64,000 bases of DNA from the human T2T-CHM13v2.0 reference genome, Homo sapiens, in NCBI RefSeq assembly GCF_009914755.1, contig NC_060926.1. The stretch is one strand, 5' to 3'. Position 1 is the first letter of the stretch. Every line of letters starts with the position of its first letter. The translations under genes were made by a program, and so were the position numbers. Positions 13,111 to 27,019 of the stretch are shown here, in pieces. Under the pieces are notes generated by a model. That model did no database searches, was not told where the DNA came from, and worked only from the letters and a program-made list of their open reading frames with translations.

Positions 13111-14944
13111 TTAAAAAGTAACCCATTTGTATGAATAAAAACACTACCTACTTTTGTTATATAATGTGATCGATGACATAATATTCTGAGTACTTATTAA
13201 ACATTAGGAAATTTTATTGCTGATTTTTACAAACGAAGTCTACATTTCTCCAAATAAATAAGGGGATACTTCTCAATTTTTCTTTCATTCATCCCAAGCA
13301 AGCACAGTTCAAAATATTGCTAGTTTCATAAGAACATCTGATTGGTGATTTGACTAAGTCATCACCTAGAAACTCGAGTCTGGAAGCTTTCCAATGAATG
13401 AAGCTCGTTTCTGATTCTCATCAGTGCTTAGTGTAATGAGTTTATGTTCTTCTCCTAGATTATTTCTATTGATTGCTCTATATATTTCTCTGAGCTAAAG
13501 AAACATCATATCTTACTTGTTTATATGTCCCTGCCTATTTCTTGTTTAATTTTATTATTTTTTTTCTATGTGGTCCAAATCTGTCTAAGGTGAGACTGCT
13601 TTGCAGGTAGTGAAGGGAACCCTGGCTGGGCCAGGATAGCAGGCAACTCATGTCAGTTATTGGGTTCTGGGAGAATGAAAATGTAATGGAATTACCCAGC
13701 TCTCCCTCCACACCCTCTACCACTACTTCAGTAACAGACAGTAAGAAAGACTAGACAAATTCTTTTATTACATATTTATTGGGAACATAATGATTTTACT
13801 GAATATGTTCAGATAGCTCAGGTGAAGCCCAATAAATGTCAACTCTGAGAAGCCTGAATTTGAAATCACGAATATGAATTTTGAACTAAGAGTAGTTAAG
13901 GAAGCACAAGACATAGCAAAACAAAGGACAAATAACAAAATAAATTTAAGAACCACTCATCTGCCATAATTAAATTTATCAGTATGTGAATATAATCTGC
14001 TTAGGCTTGTTGGCTGAACTTATAAATCCTAAAGAAAGATGCAATCTCAGTTAGTATTTCTACCCATAAGTGAAAACCTAGTATAGCAATTTTGTGAGGA
14101 ATTTCTAGTATTTAAATTATACTTGGAATTATATGTCTGCATTTAGAACTAAGCCACTTGCTTGTGAAGACAGGAATTTGATCATAAGTTATCTGTAAGG
14201 TTTATGTAAGTGTCCATACTTTATGAATGAGAAGACCAAATCAAAATGATGTTGCAGTCTCGGTTTATTCAGTTATGCTTTTATTGCTTGACTTTTTTAC
14301 TTCCATGCAGTTCATTGATGACTTAGTTTTCTCCTCAGATGACTAAAGATAACTTAAAGTATCCCTAATAATCATTTGTGTCAGTTGTCAGTTTATTATT
14401 TCTCGGCTCTGAATTCACATTTCAACGTATGCTCTAAAACAGAATATTTTAAATAATTTTTCCTTTGATAAGAGCAGTAGAGGGTGCTTGAGGAATAGTG
14501 CAGTAGAAAGAGACTTCCTGTGTGAGCCGGGTGTCAGCAGGACTGGGGTGAGGATAGCTAGTAGAGCCTGCCCCAGTCACCTGCCCAGCCTTTGTCCCTC
14601 TGTGACATTGCAGCCTCTGTCTGGTGATTATCTTTGCACAGCACTCTCTGGAAACCGGAGCTCCCACAGACTGTCCGCTCTAAAGATCTCCGGCCCCACC
14701 AATTGCCGGGAATCCCTTGGATACACTTGCTTAGAGTTGTTGATCCCCTACACCCTGCAGGTGGCCTTTCACTTGCCAAGGAACTCGGATCAGCTGTGGT
14801 CTGACCAAAATTGAGAACTTTCCTGGTATCCAGTGAACTGACCCACATTTTCTCCAATAAAGTCTGAACACCTTCCAAGTTTGTCCTTGAGTACTCTGCA
14901 TCAGCCCTAAGATACCATACAGAGTTTCCTTACATCTTATCATT

Positions 14945-16028
14945 CCTTCTTTTTTTCTTAAAAACAGACAAACAAAAGTTTATTGGTGACGTTAAAGAAA
15001 AAGGCTGCCGGCGGGTGGCTGGAGCCAGGGTTACGTGGGCTGCCCCTCTCGGTCTTGCTGGTGCATGTCTGAGATCAGCCATTGCAGCTCGGCCGCATGG
15101 CGCATGTGCATCACGATGACGCTCTCGTATTCCCTCACCGACAGCACTGAGCCCTTTGACAGTGCTGGGCGGCTGGGGCCCACGGTGCTCTGGGGCTGTC
15201 CCTCCAACCAGGAAATCTTCAGAGGGTTATCCACCAGGCCAACTTCATTCTGGACAGCCAGCTCCGCAGCCTTGGCAGTCGCAAACTCCACCACAGCAGT
15301 GCCTACCTTCTTACTGGAAAGCACCAGGTTGAGAACCTCACCATACTTTTGCAAAAGCCATAGGAGGACGTCTTTGGAGTAGCCACCTTTTGACTCCCCC
15401 CGAGCCTTCTTGCGCTTCCATTTTAGCTTTAGTTTGGGGGTTCCTTGGCCTTTAGTATTTTGTCTTTCCTCTCAACCTCTGGTCACGCTCCTGGTGTATC
15501 TGCTCCCAGATCAGCCTCTGCTCTTCCTCCAGCTGCCGGGAACCCTCTTCACTCAGGCGTTTGATCTCTCGCTCTAGTGTCCTGGTGCTCAGGCTCTCCT
15601 CCAGCTCCTCCTCCTCTTCCTCCTCCTCCTCCCCCCTCCCCTTCCTCCTCCTCCTCCCCCTCTCCCTCCCCCTCCGCCTGGTGCTGCCGCTCCCGCTTCC
15701 GGGCCTCCAGATCAAGCTTCACTTTATTCCTTTTTTCATCTAGTTTCTGAGTCCTCTCTGCTGCCTGCTTCTTGGCTTTCCTGACCTTGTCATACGCAGC
15801 CCCGGCTGCAGCATCGGTCAGCACCTCCAAGGCCTGAGAATGCTGGTGGAAGAGTTCAGCTGCCAGTGGAAGAGTTCAGGGTAGCAGGAGGAGGCCTTCT
15901 GCCTATATGCCTTCTCCACCTCTTTGTCTGCCACCTTCTCCTCAATGTCTAGCAGCGCGTACAGGTCCATCTGTAAGATCTTGCTCCTTGGTCACTGCCA
16001 TGGTTCTGACCTGACGGATTCGTACTCC
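14945..16028 (-). pseudogene. DNAJC17: Processed pseudogene of DNAJC17 (J-domain plus RRM spliceosomal co-chaperone)
   Basis: Intronless. ATG at 16001 (MAVTKE..), [82 protein letters not shown] and stop at 15031 match DNAJC17. AATAAA (TTTATT 14978-83) and an A-tail remnant are present. 4-nt insertion at codon 7, HPD motif destroyed, further frameshifts and stops. Confidence 0.95.
15596..15680 (-). repeat. (GAG)n/(GGGGAG)n purine-rich tract inside the pseudogene
   Basis: CCTCCTCCTCTTCCTCCTCCTCCTCCCCCCTCCCC... on the + strand. Confidence 0.9.
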
Positions 16029-16690
16029 ATTTTTCTTTCTTTTCTTTTTTTTTTTTTAACCATACTTAATAGTGCTTTGTATCAAACATCCCTGCTAATC
16101 TACTGTGTGATGTTTATCTCCCAAATGAACCCAGACTGCCACATTATTTTGATTTGGTCTTCTCATTCATAAAGTATGGAGATTTACATATTTCTTAAAG
16201 ATAATTTATGAACAAATTCCTGTGTTCGTAAGCAAAGCAAGTCATGAAAATGCATTGCAATATTTTAAAACAGCATTATTTACTTTTAGTTATGGATGAT
16301 TTTAATAGCATACAGAATGAATGTGCATTTTCAGGAAAGAAGCATTCTAATTAAAATATTGCAGATGGGTTCCTGAAATAGGGATAATGTTTAACTTAAT
16401 GGGATTTTTTTGAATATCTGTTCCATATCACGTGTTTGTGGATTTAAAATTTCTATTAATTTCCCGACGATTTTGACATTATCCTGTATTTAAAATTGGT
16501 GGGTGGGTGCAATTATACCTGACAGAAAAAAAAATGAGGGAAAAAATATGTTTAAGAAAATCATTAAAAATATGTACATTTTATTGATAGTGTAAAATAG
16601 AAACCTTATTTAACATTTTAATATTTTTCTCTCATCTTTACAAATACATTCAACAAGTTGAAAATAAGTTTCTAAGAATTGGTCTGTAAT

Positions 16691-16990
16691 GGCCAGGCAC
16701 GGTGGCTGAAGCCTGTAATCCCAGCACTTTGGGAGGTGGAGGCAGGCAGATCACCTGAGATCAGGAGTTTGAGACCGGTGTTATCAACATGGTGAAACCC
16801 CATCTCCACTAAAAATACAAAAATTAGCCAGATGTGGTGACAGGCACCTGTAATCCCAGGTACTCAGGATGCTGAGGCAGGAGAATCACTTGAACCTGGG
16901 AGGCTAGGTTGCGGTGAGCCGAGATCGCACCATTGCACTCCAGCCTGGGAGACAGAGTGAGATTGTGTCTCAAAAAAAAAAAAAAAAAAA
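16691..16990 (+). mobile_element. Full-length AluSx
   Basis: GGCCAGGCACGGTGGCT...poly(A); TSD AAGAATTGGTCTGTAAT / AAGAATTGGTATGTACT. Confidence 0.95.
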
Positions 16991-17639
16991 AGAATTGGTA
17001 TGTACTGCATTTACACATTTTTAAAATTGAGTATAGAAGGTTTGGGATCATGTGTATTATTCAGATTACATCAGAAGTACTAAAGATTCAAGCAAAAAAT
17101 GCACTCATTCAGGAAAACCCAATTTATAGATGCTTGAGCTGAGAAATTCCAAGAGAAGGTTATAAGGCTATTAATTATATTTGAAGCCTACAAAGTTTAG
17201 TTCTACTTGTGTTTAATGATGTGTCTTAGTAATATAATGTATTAGAAAACAGCCCTAAATATGATCTCTATATAGGGTAATCATTTTCCATCCTTTCACT
17301 TTGTGAAAACAGATGAAAGGTTTTTGGATTTGGGGTTATTTTAATTTTACTTATTTAGGGGCACACTTTACCATTGCTCTATTAAACTTCGATTTGAGGA
17401 AAATTAATTTAACCAGTCTTGTCAGAAAAAATAGGATTTGCTAGTTTTCTGAAGGGACAGTTCGCTATAGAGACCAAAAATAACTGGCACTGTGGATCTA
17501 CCCCAGTGATGCTTTAGTGATCATTACAGATTGATTTGCTGGGCTCTCTTTTTATGGCCTGTTTTTCTATTTTGGCTCAGCCTAGGAAAGCTGGTGTCTG
17601 GTGAATAACATAAATGTTATTTAAAATGTACACCTCATA

Positions 17640-17800
17640 ATATCCCTAGTACTCTTAGGTTTATAAGGGGCATGCACATATATCATTTCAATTAATCCTT
17701 ACAAAATAAACCATTAAGTCAATAAAACAGACACTTTCACAGTATAAAATTTTCAGAGACAGGGAAGTTAACATTTATCTTTCCTTGGACACATTTGGAT
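17640..17800 (-). mobile_element. MIR fragment
   Basis: ATCATTTCAATTAATCCTTACAAAATAAACC...CAGAGACAGGGAAGTTAACAT resembles the MIR core. Confidence 0.5.
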
Positions 17801-18010
17801 GCATTATTAAAATACAAATTTTGCATGAAATATATCACTTAATTTTTCCAGCTCACATGATGTTACTTTGAATCTGAATATTGCAAGCCCAAAACGTAAA
17901 AAGATGAAAAAGTTTCTGTAGATGCAGAAAATATGGGCATAGCTTAACTAGGGTCCAATTCAGCCCTATCTACATCTAAGATTCATGTATTTCCACCGTA
18001 CCTTAATAGC

Positions 18011-18047
18011 TCTTCTTCCTTCCTTCCTTCCTTCCTTCCTTCCTTCC
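18011..18047. repeat. (TTCC)n microsatellite
   Basis: Direct inspection. Confidence 0.95.
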
Positions 18048-20079
18048 AACAATGATTTATTTGGCATAAAATAAATGAAAGTGATGTACTTTGTGCTGTC
18101 CATACACCCAAGTGTAAGATTTAGTTCTTGTGCTGAGAGACATGTTTCACAGATTTCAAATAAATAATTATTATGCAAACTCAGGCCTTTTCAAATTGAT
18201 CCAGTTATTTCCCCTTTATTTTGTTATAGCCTCTCAATTTTGAATATTGATTTGCTCACATATGTGAACAAATTCCATCCCAATAAAGATGGAGAGCAGA
18301 AAACAAACTTCTAACCCCCAAACTCTCATTTTAAAACTTGTTTTATATCGTTTGTTAGTTTGATGTTGTTGCTATTGTTGTTATTTTGCTGCTCAGAGAA
18401 CTCGTGGTTAAAATTTACCTATACTGGGGGCTTATAGTGTGTCAGATATGTCCTAATAAACTAACATTTAAGGAGAGTTAAAGGACTTTATGATAACAAA
18501 GCATTATTACATTTTTAAAATTGAAATATAAAATATGTACACAAATTATAAGTGTATAACTTGATCAATTTATACAAAATTAACAATCCTATAGAATTTT
18601 CTTTAGTTTAAGATGCAAAACATTAGAAGCATCCTAAAAACCCCAGGAGGAAGGAGGTAATCATTAAGATATAGCATGAGATAGGATTCTGGTTGGTTTA
18701 AGTTGTTCTATTTCCTGATTTTTCTATAAATTACATGAGTTCACATTTTGATAATTCATTGAGGTTTATATTTTAATTAATTGTAAATAATTATCTTTAT
18801 GTGTTACATTTCACACTAAACCCATGTTTAAAAAGAACAAACCAATGTATAGTGTTACATATTTTCATTATGTAAAACTTTTTTTGAGAAAATGTGCTTT
18901 GATATGAATTTTTGTTATTTGTCAAGAATCTTGATTTTATGCATCAAAATTTGCTAAGATATGTACTCTGCTTACTTCTTCATATCATGTAGCATTGTCA
19001 GACATCATCTTTTGTCTACAAATCTACACATGTATAAAAATTTTCATTCCATCTTATTCAAGTACATATTCTTATATGTACTTATTCAGGTATATATATA
19101 TATAATATGTATAATCTCACTTTTCTACAAATCATGGTTTAGAAATTCTATATTTGCCAAATTTGTTGTTTATTTTAAAAAGAAAAAATATACAGCTTTT
19201 TCTTTTACCACAATATTTTCTCTACTTTGCTTTATTTACATTGCATGAATTACAAATAAAAGTGTCTGCAATGACAAACATCTCCACAGCTAGACATTTC
19301 AACACAAGCTTTTTCCTTTGGTTATAACTGCAGGTAGAAAAACTAAATGAATGCTACCTTCCTCAACTCTTCTGTGAAAATAATAATATTTTAATCAGTA
19401 TTTAACTCTTACTATTTGGAATAACATGCACAATGTTAACTCTTATATATAAATTTCCTCTCCATCATCCTTATGTGATTTCACCTCTTTCTATGCCTTT
19501 ATGTTCTTTTCTACTGATCCACTGTGCATTCTTTTCTCACTGTTTTTAGTGTTCTAAATTTTCTGACTTTATTGGAGAAGTGGGAAGAGCTCGATGGATA
19601 TTATTAATTTATATAAACTTATTTTTCTTGAATTAATTTGATATTATGAAACATCTGGATTAGTGACTATTATTTTTATACTCATCTAAACAACTGATAT
19701 GTTAAAGACAAAAGTCATTCTTTCTTACATATGTGGAGAGCATAGGATACCAAGAACTCCAGACAGACCATTCAAATTTGCTTTCAATGCTAATGAATTC
19801 TATGTGCTTTCCAACGGCAAAATCTTCCCTTTACACAGGTAATTTTTAAAATCACCTTTATATGGGTTGTGCAGATATGCCAATAGACATAGAAACAAAA
19901 AATATTATTTATCCTAATAATCTTGAATTAACCATAAATTTTCTCATATGATTTTAGATATATTCAAAAATATGATAAATGTGAAAGAGATAAAAATTTA
20001 AGTTTAAGGCCTGTAAATGATGAGAATATTGTGTCAATGACCCTTATGTGTTTCCCCCACCCCCCTTTCAAAAAAAATC

Positions 20080-21070
<991 letters not shown>

Positions 21071-22289
21071 TATTTGTATCATGCTTTTTCTAGAGTTATT
21101 TAAATTTTAAGGTATGTTTTTGTGAAACCTTAATACAAATAATGATTTAATTTAAATTTAAGATTTTTAAGATGTTTTTACAAAACTGCATCTGTTCTAA
21201 TTAATATGCTTGCAAATTAAAAATAAATTTAAATAAAAAGCAATTTTATCACCATTGGGTAATTTAAAAATTTATATTTAATATGAACACTTCCATGTAA
21301 ATTTTAACTGCAGTGTGCACTTCATGATAGCAGCAGCTGCTTACTGATGGGTTTTTAGTTCTCAGCTATTTTGAGGGCTAAACCCCAGTGGGGACTTTGT
21401 CGGTGTCCATACCTATTAATAATTGCTGACAAATAACCAACACCCCAAGAGCAAGTTTCCTGTTGACAACTTGTGAAAAACAAACATATGGTAACTTTGC
21501 CATTATCTTAATTTTTTTACAATGTATATTTCACTGGATATCAAAGATGATATCATCTGTTTCAGTAAAGTACATGTGATTTTGGCAGAGAGTATGAAGA
21601 ATTTTTCTTAATGTACTTTTTTGTCGTTGTTGTTTAAATATGGCTTTTTGAGGTGAAGAAAGTGCATCTGGAAAACACTAGATAAGCTCAAGTGTGACAC
21701 CAAAGTAAAGAGATTCTGTTAGCAAAATAGGCTTTTTGTAGAACTTTTAAAAAATGGTATCTTCGAGTGTGTGTGTTTATTCATAGCATTTTCCTCTGCT
21801 GTTTCTTTATCAAAGGTAGTGGTGCCTAACGTAGCAATGTGAATGATCAGAATAGAAGCCTCTAGGAGACTAAATATAAAAGGACTTTTTCTACTGCTTC
21901 CCCACTCTCCACAAGATACCAGCCATAATACAGTATGGCCAAGATAGTAAATCACTTTTAAAACCCAGAAACTTCTTCTTTGGAATGGTACGTCCTTATG
22001 AAATCACAGAGGAGGGTTCCGTGTAGACATAGGCTTCTTAGAATAAATGAGATTAGTTTTCTTATGAAGGGTGGCCATAACTCATAGATTTTTATTCTCT
22101 CAAGAAAATTGTATATTGTTATATTTTGTATAGCAAAGTAAAAGTTGAATTCTCTCTCCACTTAGAATATAAAAAGTTGCCATTGACCGTCACTTTCACT
22201 CAAAAAAAAAATGTATATAAGCAAAAAAAGTATATGTGTGTGTAAATATATACACACACATATATACACATATGTACTTTTTTTAGAGA

Positions 22290-22680
22290 GCGAGAGAGAG
22301 ACTTAGATCTACTCATATCAATAAGAAATATGCTATGAGGATATTAACGACAGAAAGTAGACTTTAAGACATCTAGGAAAACAAAGAAAAATGTATTGAC
22401 AAAATAAACTATTAATCAGATAGCATAGCAATCTTACATGTGCATACTCTTAAAAGAAGAATTTTATAATGTATGAAGAAAACACAGAGAATTGAAGAGA
22501 GACAAACTCATGATCATAATTGAGGACTTTAATATCTGTTTCTCAGTAATTTTTAAAACAATTAGATAAAAACTGACAACTAATCTACTTGACCTTATTA
22601 ACATTTATAGAACACTCTATCTAGTAACAATACATATTTATTTGAAATATATGGAACATTACATATATACTAAATAATGA
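22290..22680 (+). mobile_element. Old L1M ORF2 endonuclease-region fragment (continues after 29150)
   Basis: AGAAAGTAGACTTTAAGAC...GAGGACTTTAATATC...ACATTTATAGAACACTCTATC. Confidence 0.7.
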
Positions 22681-23040
22681 ATCTGGTCTCTCCCTCTCTC
22701 TCTATATATATACATTTTTTAAAATTAAATTTGTAGTCAATATTTTTGTTACTATGGCTCTGTAAACATTTTTTTTCCAATACTGAACTACCTAGTACCA
22801 TGATAACTTTTTTATTTTTTATTTTATTATATTTTTCCATAAGTTATTGGGGTACAGGTGGTATTTGGGTACATGAGTACATGAGTAAGTTCTTTAGTGG
22901 TGATTTGTGAGATTTTGATGCACTCATCACCCCAGCAGTATACACTGCACCATATTTGTAGTCTTTTATCTCTTTTTATCTCTTGCCCCACTTCCATCCT
23001 TCCCCAAAGTCCATTGTATTATTCTTACGCCTTTGCGTCC

Positions 23041-26000
23041 TCATAGCTTAGCTCCACATATCAGTGAGAACATATGATGTTTGGTTTTCCATTCTTGAGT
23101 TACTTCACTTAAAATAATAGTCTCCAGTCTCATCCAGGTCACAGCAAATGCTGTTAATTCATTCCTTTTAATGGCTGCATAGTATCCCATCATACATATA
23201 CATATATATATATACACACACACACATATATATACATATATGTATACATATATATGTATGATGGAATACTATGCAGCCGTTATATATGTATATATATACA
23301 CACAGACACACCACAGTTTATCCACTCGATGATTGATGGGCATTTGGGTTGGTTCCACAATTTTGCAATTGTGAATCATGTTGCTGTAAACATGCATGTT
23401 CAAGTATCTTTTTCTAATACTGACTTCTTTTCCTCTGGATGGATACTGAGTAGTGGGACTGCTAGATCAAATGGTAGATCTACTTTTAGTTCTTTAAGAA
23501 ATCTCCACGCTTTTTTCCATAGTGGCTGTACTAGTTTGCATTCCCACCAGCAGTGTAGAACTGTTCCCTGTTAGCCACATCCACCACCACATCTACTGTT
23601 TTTTGATTTTTTTATTATGACCATTCTTGCAGGAGTAAGGTGGTACCCCATTGTGGTTTTGATTTGCATTTCCCTGATCATTAGTGATGTTGAGCATCTT
23701 TTCATATGTTTGTCGACCATTTGTATATCTTCTTTTGAGAACTGTCTATTCATGTCCTTAGCCCAGTTTTTGATGGGATTATTTTTTCTTACTGACTTGT
23801 TTCAGTTCGTTATAGATTCTGGATATTAGTCCTCTGTCAAAAGTATAGATTGTGAAGATTTTCTTCCACTCTGTGGGTTGTCTGTTTACTCTGCTGACTG
23901 TTCCTTTTGCAGTGCAAAAGCTCTTTAGTTTAATTAGGTCCCAGCTGTTTATTTTTATTGAATTTGCTTATGGGTCATTGGTCATGAAATCCTTGAATAT
24001 GCCAATGTCTAAAAGTATTTTTCCAAAGTTATCTTCTAGAACTTTTACAGTTTTAGGTCTTAGGTTTAAGTCCTTAATTCATCTGGAGTTGATTTTTGTA
24101 TAAGGTGAAAGATGAGGATCCAGTTTCATTCTCCTACATGTGGCTAGCCAATTATCGTAGCACCATTTGTTTAAAAGGGTGTCTTTCCCCACTTTATATT
24201 TTTCTTTGCTTTGTTGAAGATCAGTTGTCTGTAAGTATTCGGGTTTATTTCTGGGTTCTCTATTCTGTTCCATTGGTCTATGTGCCTATTTTCATACCAG
24301 TACCATGCTGTTTTGGTGACTATGGCCTTATAGTATAGTTTGAAATCAGGTAGTGTGATGCTTCCAGATTTTCTCTTTTTGCTTAGTCTTGCTTTGGCTA
24401 TGTGGGCTCTTTTTTGATTCCATATGAATTTTAGAATTGTTTTTTCTAATTCTGTGAGGAATGATGGTGGTATTCTGATGGGGATTGCACTAAATTTGTA
24501 GATTACTTTTGGCAGTATGATTATTTTCACAAAATTGATTCTACCCATCCATGAGCATGGGATGTGTTCCCATTTGTATACGTTGTCTGTGATTTCTTTC
24601 AGCAATGTTTTGTAGTTTTCCTTGTAGAGTTCTTTTGACTCCTTTGATAGGTATATTCCTAAGTATTTTTTTTTTGTCAGCTATTGTAAAACGGGTTGAG
24701 TTCTTGATTTTATTATCTGCTTGGTCGCTGTTGGTGTATAGAAGAGCTACTGATTTATGTACATTGTATCAGGAAACTGCCAAATTCTTTTATCAGTTCT
24801 AGGAGCTTTCTGCAGGAGTCCTTACGGTTTTCAAGGTAAATGATCATATCATCAGCAAACAGTGACAGTTTGACTTCCTCTTTACTGACTTGGATGCCCT
24901 TTCTTTCTTTCTCTTGCCTGATTGCCCTGGCTAGGACTTCCAGTATTATGTTGAAGAAGAGTGGTGAAAGTGGGCATCCTTGTCTTGTTCCAGCTCTCAG
25001 AGGGAATGCTTTCAACTTTTCCTCATTCAGTATTATTTTGGCTGTGGGTTTGTCATATATGGCTTTTATTACATTAAGGTATGTCCCTTGTATGCCGATT
25101 TTGTTGAAAATTTTAATCATAAAGTGTTGCTGGATTTTGTCTAGTGCTTTTTCTGCATATATTGACATGATCATGTGATTTTTGTTTTAAATTCTGTTTA
25201 CGTGGTATATCACAGTTATTGAGCTGCATATGTTAAACCATCCCTGCACTCCTGGTATGAACCACACTTGATCATGGTGGATTATCTTTTTGATATGTTG
25301 CTTGATTCAGTTAGCTAGTATTTTGTTAAGGATTTTAGCATCTGTGTTCATCAAGGATATTGGTCTGTAGTGGTTTTTTTTGGTTATGTCCTTTCTTGGT
25401 TTTGGTATTAGGGTGATGCTGGCTTCATAGAATGAATTAGGGAGTGTTCCTTCTTTCTCTAACTTGTGCAATAGTGTCAAAAGGATTGATGCCAATTCTT
25501 CTTTGAATGTCAGGTAGAATTCTGCTGTGAATCCATCTAGTCCTGGACTTTTTTGTGCTGGTAATTTTTAAATTACCATTTCAATCTCAGTGCTTGTTAT
25601 TGGTCTGTTCAGGGTATCTAATTCTTCCTGATTTAAGCTGGGAGGATTGTATTTTTCCAGAAATTTATCTATCTCTTCTAGGTTTTCTAGTTTATGTGTG
25701 TAAAGGTGTTCATAGTAGCCTTGAGTGATCTTTTGTATTTCAACGGTGTCAGTTGTAATATCTCCTGTTTCATTTCTTAGTGAGGTGATTTGGATTTTCA
25801 CACTTCTTTTCTTGGTTAATCTTGCTAATGGTCTATCAATTTTATTTATCTTTTCAAAGAACTAGCTTTTTGTTTCATTTATCTTTTGTATTGTTTTTGT
25901 TGTTGTTTCAATTTCATTTAGTTCTGCTTGATCGTGGTTACTTCCTTTCTTCTGCTGGGTTTGGGTTTGGTTTGTTTTTGTTTCTCTAGTTCTTTGAGGT

Positions 26001-26947
26001 GTGATCTTAGATTGTCTATTTGCAATCTTTCAGACTTTTTGATGTAGGAATTTAAGTCTATGAACTTTCCTGTTAGCACTGCCTTTGCTGTATCCCAGAG
26101 GTCATTATTGTCCTTACTGTCATTCAGTTCAAATAATTTTTTTAATTCCATCTTCATTTTGTTTTTGACCCAATGCTCATTCAGGAGCAGGTTATTTAAT
26201 TTCCATGCATTTCCATGGTTTTGAAGGTTCCCTCTGGAGTTTATTTCCAGTTTTATTCCACTGTGGTCTGAGAGAGTGCTTGATATAATTTCAATTTTCT
26301 TAAATTTATTGAGGCTTGTTTTATGGCCTATCATATGGTCTATCTTTGAGAAAGTTTCATTCACCGTTGAATAGAATGTGTATTCTGTGGTTGTTGGATT
26401 AAATGTTCTGTATGTATTGTTAAGTCCATTTGTCCCAAGGAATAGTTTAAATCCATTGTTTCTTTGTTGAATTTCTTGATGACCTGTCTAGTGCTGTCAG
26501 TGGAGTATTGAAGTCCCCCACTATTATTATGTTGCTGTCCATCTCATTTCTTAGATTTATTAGTAATTGTTTTATAAATTTGGGAGCGGCAGTGTTAGAT
26601 GCATATATGCTTAGGACTGTGATATTTTCCTGTTGGATAAGGCCTTTTACCATTATATAATGTCTCTCTTTGTCTCTTTTAACTGATGTTGCTTTAAAGT
26701 TTGTTTTGCCTTATATAAGAATAGCTACCCCTGCTCACTTTTGGTGTCCATTTGCATGAAGAGTCTTTTTCCACCCCTTTACTTTAAGTTTATGTGTGTC
26801 CTTACGTGTTAGGTGAGTTTCTTGAAGGCAGCAGATAGTTGGTTATTGAGTTCTTATCCATTCTGCAGTTCTCTATCATTTAAATGGAGCATTTAGGCCA
26901 TTTACACTCAACGTTAGTATTGAAATGTGAGGTACTGTTGCTTTCAT
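23041..26947 (-). pseudogene. Disrupted L1 ORF2 (endonuclease/reverse transcriptase)
   Basis: ORF-track fragments [51 protein letters not shown], broken by stops and frameshifts. Confidence 0.92.
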
Positions 26948-27019
26948 CTTACTCTTCGTTGCCTGTGTATTTTGTGTTTTGTTTTGTTTTGTTTTTCATT
27001 TTTGTTTTTTAACTTGTAT

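Larger units (their letters stand above)
14376..16142 (+). mobile_element. LTR41-like (ERVL) solo LTR split by the DNAJC17 retrocopy (pieces ~14376-14945 and ~16030-16142)
   Basis: Starts TGTGTCAGTTGTCAGTTTATTATTTCTCGGCTCTGAATTCAC and ends TACTGTGTGATGTTTATCTCCCAAATGAACCCAGACTGCCACA; both ends resemble recalled LTR41 termini. Confidence 0.6.

Noticed and set aside
15035-15382. 115-aa plus-strand ORF
   Set aside because: It is the antisense shadow of the DNAJC17 coding frame.
14945-16028. Functional DNAJC17 retrogene
   Set aside because: Frameshift at codon 7, HPD motif lost, further frameshifts and an internal stop.
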